Positions 1 to 9,980 of a stretch of 64,000 nt of DNA are shown here, in pieces. Source of the DNA: an uncultured delta proteobacterium (lineage in GTDB: Bacteria; Desulfobacterota; Binatia; UBA9968); NCBI GenBank assembly GCA_963727625.1, contig CAVSHR010000005.1, positions 128,001 through 192,000 of the forward strand, in the 5' to 3' direction. A program made the translations under genes and the position numbers. The first letter of the stretch is position 1. Each line of letters opens with the position of its first letter. The notes below the pieces were generated by a model. That model was not told where the DNA came from. It was given only the letters and a program-made list of their open reading frames with translations, and did no database searches.

Positions 1-117
1 GTGCCTCGCCAGTTCGCGTAAGGCCGCCCGCGGTTTGACGCCGGCCTTGAGCGAAAACTTTAGATAGCGCGCCAGTTTCGGCACTGGCGCTAAAATACCC
101 GATTGAGTATTGTTCAA
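1..117 (-). CDS. Dyp-type peroxidase, N-terminus only (runs off window edge)
   Basis: Manual translation from TTG at 117 with AGGAGGA SD at 121-127: MNNTQSGILAPVPKLARYLKFSLKAG..., resembling the QxGILAPVP..ARYL.F N-terminus of DyP peroxidases. Not in ORF track. Confidence 0.6.
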   Translation of the reverse strand, partial: MNNTQSGILAPVPKLARYLKFSLKAGVKPRAALRELARH

Positions 118-374
118 CGTTCCTCCTAGTGAGAAATCATTTTTTTAGCGCGAATATCGCCTCCGGCCAATGGACTGTCAAGCGCCCGGATCAAAGCCAG
201 GATTTAGTTTTGTACGATCGACTATACGGTTCGGAATGGCCGACCCACTCAAGTACTGGAGCGGATCGAATCATCGATTATAGACAGCTATGAAGAATGC
301 CGGGTTGCGCCAGGTGGGGATGCGTTGGGGCGCAAGGTATTGGGAATCCCGCCACCAGCGCTCGCTGGCCGCGC

Positions 375-812
375 CTAAGGTTTGCCCTGCTGCTCCAGCT
401 CTGCCAAACGCCGGCGCAGATCGCGATCCTCGTTCCAACGCGCGGTTTCATCGCGCACAGTTGCCGCGATCACTCGACCGCTGCCATCCGGCGCGTCGAG
501 CAGAGTGACCGTAAAGGCGATAGACAACGACTTGCCGTCGCGGTGCAGCGCCGGAACCCGAAGCACGTCGGACTGATATCTGGTCCGGCCCGACGCCATG
601 ACATCGTGATAACCTTCCCAGTGCCGGGCACGAAACCGTTCGGGGATGATTAAATCGAGCGACTGCCCAAGGGCCTCTTCCGCGGTGAAGCCAAAAATCC
701 GCGCCGCCGCCGGGTTCCAGAAAAGGATTTTCCCGTCCGCTCCGGCGGCGATAATCGCGTCGGCCGCAGACCGGACAAAGGCGTCTAAATCGAGCAAACT
801 ATTGGATGGCAT
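375..812 (-). CDS. Stand-alone PAS-domain sensor protein
   Basis: DAIIAA...ILFWNPAAARIFGFTAEEALGQSLDLIIPE PAS signature; C-terminal RDET. Confidence 0.85.
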   Translation of the reverse strand: MPSNSLLDLDAFVRSAADAIIAAGADGKILFWNPAAARIFGFTAEEALGQSLDLIIPERFRARHWEGYHDVMASGRTRYQSDVLRVPALHRDGKSLSIAFTVTLLDAPDGSGRVIAATVRDETARWNEDRDLRRRLAELEQQGKP

Positions 813-909
813 ACAATTCCTCTAAGCAAGAAAACCGGCACCCGCGAATGAGCGCGCCGGCGCAAAAACTTTCCCCCGTGAATTTGTAATCGGTGAATTG
901 CCGGCAACG

Positions 910-2121
910 TTACCAGCGGCGCCGGCCGGCGCCGTAGGATCGCCGGCCTGACGAACGGCCGCCGCCAAAGGTCGGTTTCGGATTGGGATCGAGCAGACGA
1001 TTGTAAGCGTAGCTGAACCCTTCCAGTTTCACCCGCGGAATTTTTTGTCCGATGAAGTGCTCGATGGACGCCACTTCCTGGAGGTCTTCAGCCGTCATGA
1101 TGGTAAACGCATCGCCGACGCTTTGGGCACGACCGGTGCGACCGATGCGGTGAACGTAATCCTCCGGATGATGCGGCACGTCGAAATTGATCACGTGGCT
1201 GATCTGCTCGACGTCGATGCCCCGGGCGGCGATGTCAGTGGCTACCATGACTTCGTATCTGCCGTTGCGAAAACCGTTGAGCGCCTCCTCGCGCTCGCGC
1301 TGCGTTCGGCTGGAGTGCAGCACCGCCACGGCATGGCCCGCTTGGTGCAGCTTGCGTGCCACCCGATCCGCGCCGTTCTTGGTTCGGCAGAAAATCAGTA
1401 CCTGATCGTAGTCGGTCCGGCGCAACAGTTCTTCGAGCAATTCTTGTTTTTGCGCCACATCGATAGGATACAACGCATGCGTCACCGTTTCCGCCGGCGA
1501 GCGGCGTTGACCGATCTCGATGGTTTCCGGCTTGCGCAACGCCCAGCGGCAAACCTGCTCGATTTCAGGCGGTACCGTGGCGGAGAGCAACAGCGTCTGG
1601 CGCGTGCGCGGGCAGCGCTCGACGATCTTACGCACGTCGGGCATGAAACCCATGTCCAACATCCGATCCGCTTCATCCAGCACTAGGATTTCTATCTGGT
1701 CGAGCCGCAGCATGCGCCGCTGCAGCTGATCGAGCAAACGGCCCGGCGTCGCCACGACAATATCGGCGCCCTGGCGGAGCTGCTGATCCTGCCGCCCATA
1801 GCCGGTGCCGCCGAACAGCACCACGGTGCGTAAATTGGTAAAGCGCGCGTAATCGCGAATCGCGGTCTCCACCTGCGCGGCGAGCTCGCGCGTCGGTTCG
1901 AGAACCAGCGCGCGCAATTTGCCGCGCTGGGCAAGGCGCGAAATGATCGGCAAGGCGAAGGCGGCGGTCTTACCGGTTCCGGTCTGGGCCGAACCAATGA
2001 GGTCGCGGCCTTCTAGAATCAGTGGAATAGCCCGTATTTGGATCGCCGTAGGCTCGGCGTAGCCCGCAGCTTTAACGCCTTCGAGTACTTTGGGGCCGAG
2101 TCCTAATGTAGAAAATGGCAC
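910..2121 (-). CDS. DEAD-box RNA helicase (RhlE-like)
   Basis: Q motif, AQTGTGKT, PTRELA, DEAD, SAT, HRIGRTGR motifs. Confidence 0.95.
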   Translation of the reverse strand: MPFSTLGLGPKVLEGVKAAGYAEPTAIQIRAIPLILEGRDLIGSAQTGTGKTAAFALPIISRLAQRGKLRALVLEPTRELAAQVETAIRDYARFTNLRTVVLFGGTGYGRQDQQLRQGADIVVATPGRLLDQLQRRMLRLDQIEILVLDEADRMLDMGFMPDVRKIVERCPRTRQTLLLSATVPPEIEQVCRWALRKPETIEIGQRRSPAETVTHALYPIDVAQKQELLEELLRRTDYDQVLIFCRTKNGADRVARKLHQAGHAVAVLHSSRTQREREEALNGFRNGRYEVMVATDIAARGIDVEQISHVINFDVPHHPEDYVHRIGRTGRAQSVGDAFTIMTAEDLQEVASIEHFIGQKIPRVKLEGFSYAYNRLLDPNPKPTFGGGRSSGRRSYGAGRRRW

Positions 2122-2235
2122 TCAATATTTATTTCATAATAGGCGGGGATTCTCAAACGATCGCGCAGAAAAGTCCCGCTACCCGTTTGCCAAACGACTG
2201 GCGCCGCAACCCGGCGCCGTTCGCCTGGCTTGAAT

Positions 2236-2868
2236 TCAATACTCGGGAGTCGATGCCAGCACGCGGCGAATGAACTCGCCCTTGGCGTTGGAATACTCGG
2301 TGCCCTTGGTGATGCCGCACGCGAGGATCATGCGTTTTTCAGCTTCGTAGTCTCGGCGCAGACCTTCGTTGCCGCGCAGAAGATCGCGGAATCTTATGAG
2401 ATCACGCGCTTCGCTGCTGCCCTTTTCGAGAACATGGGCATGGACGCGATATAAACGACTTAAGTATTCGACGCTGCCAACACGCATCGGTCGCGACTCC
2501 GGAAAGGGATCGGGACCGCCCTGGCGCTGAAATCCTAGTGTATCCAGGGTGCGGCGCGCTGCATCCAAGCCGCCAGGCTGATACATGACCAGCAAATCGA
2601 TAATCCCCTTGCCCCAGCATCCCGCAACGGACGTGCTGCCGATATGTTCAACGACAAAATCCGATGCTGCCTCGATGATCAGATCGCCGACCAATTTGGC
2701 GACCAGGCGCGCTTGGAAGTTATAAGGCAAATACTCAACCGGCTTGGGCGCATACAGATAAATTTTTACCTGTCGCTTATATTCCCCTGCGATCGCTTGC
2801 GATGGCAAAGGCAGAAACGCTAACTGAATGATTGGGCGCGGATTACGTGTCATCGGTCTAACAATCAT
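2236..2868 (-). CDS. GrpB family (UPF0157) nucleotidyltransferase-like protein; start uncertain
   Basis: EHIGSTSV...KGIIDL, FRDLLR...YEAEK...Y..AKGEFI motifs; ORF is open to 3036. Confidence 0.8.
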   Translation of the reverse strand: MIVRPMTRNPRPIIQLAFLPLPSQAIAGEYKRQVKIYLYAPKPVEYLPYNFQARLVAKLVGDLIIEAASDFVVEHIGSTSVAGCWGKGIIDLLVMYQPGGLDAARRTLDTLGFQRQGGPDPFPESRPMRVGSVEYLSRLYRVHAHVLEKGSSEARDLIRFRDLLRGNEGLRRDYEAEKRMILACGITKGTEYSNAKGEFIRRVLASTPEY

Positions 2869-3587
2869 TCCCCCTAATTGAGCACAGTCCCATCGAATCG
2901 AATTGCACCGAACTTGCCGTTCCAAGCGGTGATCAAGTTGGCCAGACCGCGGCGCGGATGCCGAAGCGCGAATCGTAGCCAACGCTTGGCCAGATTTATT
3001 GATTAGCAATCTAGGGGCCAAAAAATTTCCGTTCATTGGTAAATTCGAAGTAGCGAAATTAACTGGAGAACCAGAGGGGGCGAAAATTGGGCGGCAGGCC
3101 CGGCGCTACCAATGGAGACAGCGACCGTAAACAAGGTTGCCATGACCCCAGCGGGCCGTGCCGATTCGTTGGCGCGGCCTAGCGGTTCACGCGCTTCTTG
3201 ATCGCCGCGACCAAGCCCTGTTCGTCGGCCGGAGAAACAATTCGCTCACCGTCTCCGCACCAGCAATTTCCCGACGGATTTAATGATATGACCGAGCGAA
3301 ACGACAATATCGGCCACGTGCGAAATTAATTAAGCCGGCACCGCGGTCGCCTCGCTGCGGCTCGTGACTCGGCAGATTGAGCAGCGCCGCGATCATCGTC
3401 ACCGTCAACATCGCCGCCGCGGCGATAGCGAGAAAGAGCCGGGATTTTTCGGCTCGCCAGAACACTGATTTGCGTGATCAGCGCGGCGGGAGAATCGATC
3501 CAGGAAGCAAGACTCCGAAAGACCAAGATGAACGGGATCCTCCGTTGTACGATTCGACGCATAGTCAAACCCGCAACTGACATTGCC

Positions 3588-4640
3588 TCAGATCTGTGCG
3601 ACCACTCGCCCAACAATCGATCCCACTTTCAACTCATCCAGCGTCCGGCTGACCTCGGCGAGCGGCCGAGTTTGAATCGGGATCGGTTGAATTTTACCCG
3701 CGCACGCCAAGGTGACGACGGCCTTGAGTTCGTCCACACTGCCCAGATGAGAGCCTTGGATCGCGATCGCGCGCAGGATCGTGCTGCCAATTGACAATAG
3801 AATCTCGCCGCCGAACAAACCCACGAGAACCAGCTTGCCGCCTTTGCGCAGCGCACCGAGCGCCAGCCCTGCCGTCTCCACAGTGCCGACAAAATCCACC
3901 GCGCCGTAGAGAGCGCCACCGGTAAGATCTTGCAATTTTTGTTGCGGGTCGCCACGATGGCCATTGAGCGTCGCTTCGGCGCCGGCGCCGCTCGCGGCCG
4001 CCAGTTTCCTATCGTCGACATCGATGACGACGATCCGCTTATGTCCGAGCGCTCGCAACATGCCGACCGCCGCTAGGCCCAGACCTCCCGCACCCATGAC
4101 GGCAACCCACTCGGCGCTCGGTATGGGCTGTAGCTTCGACGCCGCCGAATAGGTGGATAGCCCGGAACAGGAGAGCGTCGCCGCCCAAACCGGATCAATG
4201 CCACCCGGGGCGATCAGATAACGCGGGTGCGGCACCAGCAAGTGATCGGCGTAGCCGCCCGGCCGCTGAATACCGATCATTCGCGGAGCCATACAGTAAT
4301 TGTCCAAACCTTCGTCGCAGCGTGCGCATGCGCCACAGCCGATCCAAGGATAGACAAGGCGATCCGCGCCGATCGGGACACCGCCCGCATTTGGACCAGC
4401 GGCGATCACGGTTCCGAAAGGCTCGTGCCCCAGTGTCACCGGCGGCGCCATACCACGCTCGCTCATATGCAAGCGCTTCCCTCCCCCGAGATCGAAAAAA
4501 CCATCGCGGATATGCACATCGCTATGGCACACACCGCAATACTTAAGTCGAACGAGAACCTCGGTGCCCTGTGGCTTCGGTGTTTCGCGATCGATCCTCT
4601 CGAGTGGCATGCCCCACTCGACAACGTCGTAACTGAGCAT
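3588..4640 (-). CDS. Zinc-dependent alcohol dehydrogenase
   Basis: GVCHSD, GHE, CxxCxxC..C structural Zn site, GAGGLG. Confidence 0.92.
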   Translation of the reverse strand: MLSYDVVEWGMPLERIDRETPKPQGTEVLVRLKYCGVCHSDVHIRDGFFDLGGGKRLHMSERGMAPPVTLGHEPFGTVIAAGPNAGGVPIGADRLVYPWIGCGACARCDEGLDNYCMAPRMIGIQRPGGYADHLLVPHPRYLIAPGGIDPVWAATLSCSGLSTYSAASKLQPIPSAEWVAVMGAGGLGLAAVGMLRALGHKRIVVIDVDDRKLAAASGAGAEATLNGHRGDPQQKLQDLTGGALYGAVDFVGTVETAGLALGALRKGGKLVLVGLFGGEILLSIGSTILRAIAIQGSHLGSVDELKAVVTLACAGKIQPIPIQTRPLAEVSRTLDELKVGSIVGRVVAQI

Positions 4641-4686
4641 AGCTTTTAGCTTGCGGGAATGCTTCGCATAGTAAATCCTCTCGATA

Positions 4687-5136
4687 TCAGCGCACGATGC
4701 CTTGGTTTATCAGCGAAGCCCGTAACTTCTCCACGCGCCGGCGATTCACGCCCAAATCGCTATATCCCAAGCGCGACGCCGAGCGAACGGCGATGAGGTT
4801 TTGCGCCGGGCGCAAATGGAGTTCCAGATCATCGATAAAGCCGAACAAAGCGCTGGCGCACTCGGCGTGAAGATAGCCGTCGCTTTCGCTAACGATCTTG
4901 GTTCGCGGCAGAGCAACCACCGCCGACCGCGCCGCCTGCCACGCTTGAGCGGCCGGTACGGCGACCTCAAATGCGGCGATGCGATGCGCCGAGTCGGCAA
5001 CGTCGCTCGAAACGCAATTCGGCGATGACGGACACGGCGCGAGCCGCGAGTCATGCACGCCGAGATTGGGCGGCCGACTGCCGGCGCAGGAGAAGAACGG
5101 CATAAAAATTAAACTCCAAACGACAAGGCGCGACAT
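4687..5136 (-). CDS. DUF1499 family exported protein
   Basis: LAPCPSSPNCVSS, FGFIDDLE, VRSASRLGYSDLGVNRRRVE; start reassigned to MSRLVVW. Confidence 0.88.
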   Translation of the reverse strand: MSRLVVWSLIFMPFFSCAGSRPPNLGVHDSRLAPCPSSPNCVSSDVADSAHRIAAFEVAVPAAQAWQAARSAVVALPRTKIVSESDGYLHAECASALFGFIDDLELHLRPAQNLIAVRSASRLGYSDLGVNRRRVEKLRASLINQGIVR

Positions 5137-5171
5137 TGCCTTCAAAACAAATCCTGACACATCAACCGGTC

Positions 5172-5522
5172 TCACTCCTTCTTTGATACCGCTTGCTTGT
5201 CGAAAAATCTGAGCGCCATGGCGCCGTGCGTGGCCGCCGCTCCCGCGCGCAACGCTGCGGCGATTAACGAGCCCTCGACTACTTCTTCTCGGGTGGCGCC
5301 CGCGGTATGCGCCGCCTTGGCGTGCGGTTCCATGCAATAGGGACATTGAGTGGTCGCGGATACCGCAATGGCGATCAGCTCGCGATATTTTTTCGGGATA
5401 GCGCCGCTGTCGCGCCCGACGATGCTGTTGAGTCCCAACCAGGCGTTGAAATCCTCCGGTGACAACTTGCGCATCTCGCGCATCAGTTTCAAATCGTTCT
5501 CGTCGTGAGAGTGTTCCGCCAT
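5172..5522 (-). CDS. Carboxymuconolactone decarboxylase/AhpD-like protein
   Basis: IPKKYRELIAIAVS..QCPYCM..H, GATREE; SD AGGAGG before MAEHSH. Confidence 0.88.
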   Translation of the reverse strand: MAEHSHDENDLKLMREMRKLSPEDFNAWLGLNSIVGRDSGAIPKKYRELIAIAVSATTQCPYCMEPHAKAAHTAGATREEVVEGSLIAAALRAGAAATHGAMALRFFDKQAVSKKE

Positions 5523-5569
5523 TACAAAACGCCTCCTGAATGTCGCCGCATTATTCCTGCATTCAGATC

Positions 5570-5583
5570 GCGATTGCAATCGC
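5570..5583. promoter_or_regulatory. Perfect 14-bp palindrome in a divergent promoter region, possible operator
   Basis: GCGATTGCAATCGC lies next to TTGACA (5585-5590), between the CMD gene and the cyclase gene. Confidence 0.3.
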
Positions 5584-5621
5584 ATTGACAGCGGCGCAGC
5601 GCGTAGGCTAGTCGTAACTCG

Positions 5622-6734
5622 ATGCAGGTCCGATCCGACGCTCACCTCGCCGCTCAATGCGGCATTTGCGGCACGCTGCTGTCCGGCTCGGCCAGCGCGC
5701 TCTACCGAATTTTCGGCATACGACGAAGCCCCCGCAATCCGAATATCTGCACGCGCTGCAGCACTCATATCGAAGAGGGACGAATGGTGGAGATCACGGT
5801 GCTGTTCGCCGATCTTTCATCGTTCACGGAGTTGACCCAGAATCTGGGCGCGGAAAAAAGCCACGAAGTGGTCGACGCTTTCCTACGCATGGCCACGGAG
5901 GTTTTGGTCAGACACGGCGCCTTCATCGATAAATACGTAGGCGACGCGGTCATGGCCTTATTCAACGTGCCGATTCGGCAGGACGATCATGCCCGCCGCG
6001 CCGTCGCCGCCGCCACCGAGGTCGGCGCCGGTCTCAAAAACCTGGCCGCGCGCCTCGGACTGCCCCTCGAAGCTTCCGTCGGCGTCGCCACCGGTCATGC
6101 TCATGTCGGCCGGCTCGGCTCCGACGACAGCAAGGACTACACAGCCATCGGCGACGTGGTAAATCTGGCCGCGCGGCTTCAAGGCAAAGCGGGCGCCGGA
6201 GAGATACTGATCAGCGCGGAAAGCTACGGCAAAGATCCGCGGGAATTTGCCGATGCTCAACCGGAACAAATCGCGCTCAAGGGCTTTCGCCAGCCCGTCA
6301 CCGCCTATCGGTTAAATGGCCGCGAATCGCGCTCACTCGCCAAGAATTTGCCGGAAACCCCGGTGAACCAGCGCACCAGCCTGGGAGCGATCATTTTTAG
6401 CATCCTCGGCGCGCCCTGCGCCGTCGCGACTCTCATCGGCCCGCTCGCCGTGGCTTTGGGCGCCAGCAGCCTGTTCGGTTTGGTGGGAATACTCACATTC
6501 CTCGATCAAAGCGTGGTTCGTGTGCCGATTCTGATTCTAACGACATTGGCTGCGCTCGCCAATCTCTACACGCTCCGTCGCGCCCAGAAGCTGAGAAATG
6601 AGTCAAAGATACCCGCCCATCTCAAAACGATGACCACTTTGGAAAAACGCCGCACGACGTTTGTACTCGGCGCTTCGATTGTGACTCTAGGGATCGTCGC
6701 GTCCGAAGTGATCGCTCACGCCTTGCTGCACTGA
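5622..6734 (+). CDS. Class III adenylate/guanylate cyclase with N-terminal Cys cluster and C-terminal membrane domain
   Basis: LFADLSSFT, DKYVGDAVMA, YTAIGDVVNLAARLQ; N-terminal CGIC...CTRC; about 3 hydrophobic C-terminal segments. Confidence 0.88.
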   Translation: MQVRSDAHLAAQCGICGTLLSGSASALYRIFGIRRSPRNPNICTRCSTHIEEGRMVEITVLFADLSSFTELTQNLGAEKSHEVVDAFLRMATEVLVRHGAFIDKYVGDAVMALFNVPIRQDDHARRAVAAATEVGAGLKNLAARLGLPLEASVGVATGHAHVGRLGSDDSKDYTAIGDVVNLAARLQGKAGAGEILISAESYGKDPREFADAQPEQIALKGFRQPVTAYRLNGRESRSLAKNLPETPVNQRTSLGAIIFSILGAPCAVATLIGPLAVALGASSLFGLVGILTFLDQSVVRVPILILTTLAALANLYTLRRAQKLRNESKIPAHLKTMTTLEKRRTTFVLGASIVTLGIVASEVIAHALLH

Positions 6735-6872
6735 ATTAGATAAAATGCGCGTCGGCGAAGGACAAGGCGAAATAGCCCATCGGCGGCGGCGCCGAATTGT
6801 CGCCGCCGGTGCGCCGGGACTTAAGCCGGCGGACGAACCTCGACCGCGAGTCCAGTCCACAGCCCACTGTGG

Positions 6873-7277
6873 TCAATTCTCGCAGGGCAACTCGGATTCG
6901 TCGATCTCCACCCATGGGACTCGGCTGTTCCAGTGACCATGGGCCGACGGCTTTCCCGGCGGCACGTCGTCGAGCGTCCCGGCGGGAACGATGACCCGGG
7001 TGCGGTCGCGCGAAGCGTGCGGTACCGGGCAGTTGCAGTTGCTGCAGATCTGCCGAGCAAAACTCTTGGCTTCCGGCAGGTCAAAACGGCGGATCAACTC
7101 CTCCCCCTGGGTCCAGCGAAACTGCGCGATGGGCACGGCGATGTTGGTCGCGCGCACGCCGCCGGTCGCCTTGCGGCACCGCGAACAGTAGCAGTGGCCG
7201 AATCTCATGAACGGCGTGCTCACCTCATAGCGCACCGACTTGCACAAACAACTTCCATGCAGGGTTTGTTCGGACAT
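6873..7277 (-). CDS. GFA family (Mss4-like) Zn-binding protein
   Basis: GSCLC, CYCSRCRK, RQICSNC. Confidence 0.88.
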   Translation of the reverse strand: MSEQTLHGSCLCKSVRYEVSTPFMRFGHCYCSRCRKATGGVRATNIAVPIAQFRWTQGEELIRRFDLPEAKSFARQICSNCNCPVPHASRDRTRVIVPAGTLDDVPPGKPSAHGHWNSRVPWVEIDESELPCEN

Positions 7278-7401
7278 GATGCCTCCTTGCGAATGGTTTG
7301 CGATGAAACTCGCTCGGATGATTTTTCAACGGCCGCATTCTACGGTCGTCAACGCATATTCGCAACTATACGTGCAGTCGGCAATCTTGGCTTTGGGAAA
7401 T

Positions 7402-7856
7402 TCAGAACCAGGATTGCAATTCAATGATGTTGCCTTCGGGGTCGGTGACATAGCACCAGTTACGCGGGCGCCGGCCGCCGTCGCGAGCGTAACAATCTCA
7501 CCGACCGCGCGACCGCCCGCGCCGAGCACTTCATCGCGCGCCTGAGTCACCGAGTCCACTGTAAACGCAACGTGGCCCAAGCCGGCCTGGTTGGCTGCCG
7601 TAGAGCCGCGCTCAAGCTGCGGCGCATAGCTGAAAATTTCTAGCGTCGGACCGTTATTGCCGAACCCAGGCAAGCGCAGATGAATGCCGCGCACCCGCGC
7701 GCCCCGGACTCGGGTGCCGGCTTCGAGTTCCGGGCCGGCGTAATCGCGCTCTGGCGGCACGGGAACACAACCGAAATGAATTTCGTAAAAGCGCGCGAGC
7801 GCCAGCCAATCGCGGGCGATGAGATTGGTATGGACGTACCGAACACCCGTAATCAT
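7402..7856 (-). pseudogene. VOC/glyoxalase family gene with a 1-nt frameshift near 7459
   Basis: HTNLIA, LEIF, GHVAFTVD motifs; the canonical C-terminus WCYVTDPEGNIIELQSWF* lies in another frame and ends at TGA 7402-7404. Confidence 0.75.
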
Positions 7857-8119
7857 GAGTTTTCTCCCGTTTCTCCTTCGCCCTTTCTCGCTGCGCAGCC
7901 ATCTGTTTGTTGATTGAGTTGCTTCTGACCTTCAGGCGGCAGCGCTATTTCCAAGCGGTCAGTCCGCATCAGCGTCGTCGTCTCCGACGAGAAACGACTG
8001 CGAACCTCGAATTCCTCGGATGAACGCTCGGTTCGCTTGCCACAGCGCTATAAAAGCACAGGCGCGACGGTTTGAGTCAAGCGCCCTAACGGAGTGGCGG
8101 AAACGCTGTTGCCGGTCCG

Positions 8120-8149
8120 TTGACAATGCGCACGCAGCTCTTCTAAAGT
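8120..8149 (+). promoter_or_regulatory. Sigma70-like promoter for the crotonase-OsmC operon
   Basis: TTGACA-18 nt-TAAAGT, followed by SD AGGAGGA and ATG 8178. Confidence 0.45.
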
Positions 8150-8177
8150 CGGAGCGCAAAAATAGGAGGATAGTTCA

Positions 8178-8906
8178 ATGCCAGATCCGGTGCTTATGCA
8201 AAACAACGGTGACATCACGACGATAACATTGAATCGGCCCGAAGCGGGCAATCGCCAAACCGACGCCACTTGGGCCCAGGTAACGCATATGTTCGACGAC
8301 GCGGCAAAGAGCGCGCGGTTGATCCTATTCAAGGGCGCGGGCGAAGATTTTTGCATGGGTCGCGAAGCGATGGGCCAACAGCCAGCCACACCTCCCGAAG
8401 CCTACGCGGTGCGCGATCGCGCCCAGACTATATTCAATCTCTACGGCGCCTTTCGCAACGCCAAAGCGCCGATCATCGGCGTCGTGCAGGGCCGTGCCGT
8501 CGGCCTCGGCTGCGCGCTGGCGGCGTTGTGCGATATTACGATCGCCAGCGAAAAAGCGCGGTTTTCCTTTCCCGAGACGGCGCACCGGATCATGCCGACC
8601 ATCGCCTTTTCCGCCCTGGTGGACCGCGTGCCGCGCAAGGCCGCAACCTTCATGATGTACTCGGCGCAAGAAATCGACGCGCACAAAGCGCTCATGTTCG
8701 GTCTCGCAAGCAATGTCGTGCCGGCCAACGAGCTCGATAGCGCTGTGTCAACTCTTATCGACCATATGAAAAAAATGCCGTTCGCCGCGGTGCTCGCGCT
8801 CAAAGAGTACGCCGGCGCCGCGTTCGGCATGAGCACGCAAGGCGCCACCGACTTCGCACGCAACTTGCACGCAACGGTAAATAGTTTTTCGGGCATGCGA
8901 TCGTAG
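8178..8906 (+). CDS. Enoyl-CoA hydratase/isomerase (crotonase) family protein
   Basis: ITLNRPE, FCMG, GRAVGLGCALAALCDITIA, FSFPE. Confidence 0.88.
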   Translation: MPDPVLMQNNGDITTITLNRPEAGNRQTDATWAQVTHMFDDAAKSARLILFKGAGEDFCMGREAMGQQPATPPEAYAVRDRAQTIFNLYGAFRNAKAPIIGVVQGRAVGLGCALAALCDITIASEKARFSFPETAHRIMPTIAFSALVDRVPRKAATFMMYSAQEIDAHKALMFGLASNVVPANELDSAVSTLIDHMKKMPFAAVLALKEYAGAAFGMSTQGATDFARNLHATVNSFSGMRS

Positions 8907-8993
8907 GACGAGTTTTTCAAGAAGGTCGTAGCGCGCAGGCGTTGTGCCGATCTAACCCTAACAAACAATCCGTAGCAACAGAGGAGTGACCCA

Positions 8994-9503
8994 ATGAAAC
9001 TTCCCGATTTTCCGAAACCGCCGGTGTCATTGGACCCGAGCGTGACCTATCGCGAAAACCTGATCGAAGCCGACTGCGAGTCGCTTGAGCGCATGCGCAA
9101 AGTCGCCGAGGTGCAGGGTTTCACCATTTATTGCGACGAATCCGAGCGCGTCGGCGGCGAGCACACGGCGCCCTCGCCGCTCGGCTATTTCACCGCCGGC
9201 ATCGGCTTTTGACTGCTCACGCAGATTGCCCGGTACGGGCATATGCTGAAAATCTCGGTCAATAAGGCGCGCGTGCATGTGAGCATGCGCAACAAGCAGG
9301 AAGGCTCGGTTCTCCAAGGCACGGTGAAAGCCAATTGCCTGGGAATCGACACACGCGTGGAGTTGGAATCCACCGAGCCGCCCGAGCGCATCTCGGCGCT
9401 GATCAAAAATGCCGAGAACGGCTGCTTCACCATGCAGGCGCTGTTGGCCCCGGTGCCGTTTACCACCACGGTATCGCTGAACGGCGCACCGTTGGCGCGG
9501 TGA
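8994..9503 (+). CDS. OsmC-like protein, probable selenoprotein (UGA=Sec at 9210-9212)
   Basis: ORFs 8994-9212 and 9243-9503 share a frame; DE...GG...APSPLGYFTAGIGF-U-LLTQ puts TGA at the first OsmC Cys; second Cys in AENGCF. Confidence 0.82.
9218..9248 (+). promoter_or_regulatory. Putative bacterial SECIS hairpin
   Basis: Immediately 3' of the UGA: GCA-GAT-TGCCC[GGTAC]GGGCA-TA-TGC, apical loop beginning GG. Confidence 0.6.
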
Positions 9504-9513
9504 CGAACGCCCC

Positions 9514-9885
9514 TCACGCAAACACCGACCACAAGAGAAACAGGCCGAAAGCCAAGGCCACAACGCACCACACTCGCACGAACCACGCGCTCTGTCGCTG
9601 CCACCAAGTTAGCAGCGATTCATAACGGGAGTACCCCATCAATGGAATCGAAATGCCGGCCGCTAGAGAAATTACCGCGAGGATTTGCAGAGTGAGCGGC
9701 GCGCGCGATGCGGGGGCGACAATCCATAGCGCTATGCCTAATACCAATCGTAGCGCAGCGGCAAACCAAAACCCGCCTTGGGACTGCCAATAGCGAACAA
9801 AGCTGACGAGCCCGGCAGGAGAGATAACACCATATAGGCCGACGGCCACCACGAATATTGCGACCGCCGCAATGAACAGGATCAC
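9514..9885 (-). CDS. Small integral membrane protein (about 4 TM), unknown function
   Basis: Hydrophobic 123-aa ORF with SD AGGAGG. Confidence 0.7.
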   Translation of the reverse strand: MILFIAAVAIFVVAVGLYGVISPAGLVSFVRYWQSQGGFWFAAALRLVLGIALWIVAPASRAPLTLQILAVISLAAGISIPLMGYSRYESLLTWWQRQSAWFVRVWCVVALAFGLFLLWSVFA

Positions 9886-9980
9886 GGTTCACCCTCCTGT
9901 AAATGCGTTTGTGTGACGCCGTGCCGTCTAGCACAACACCCTATGCCTTTTGACGACGACAACCCTGTAACGGGCCAAAG

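Noticed and set aside
3040-3580. Short ORFs or possible gene remnants between grpB and the alcohol dehydrogenase
   Set aside because: Only weak hydrophobic fragments; a family cannot be assigned by eye.
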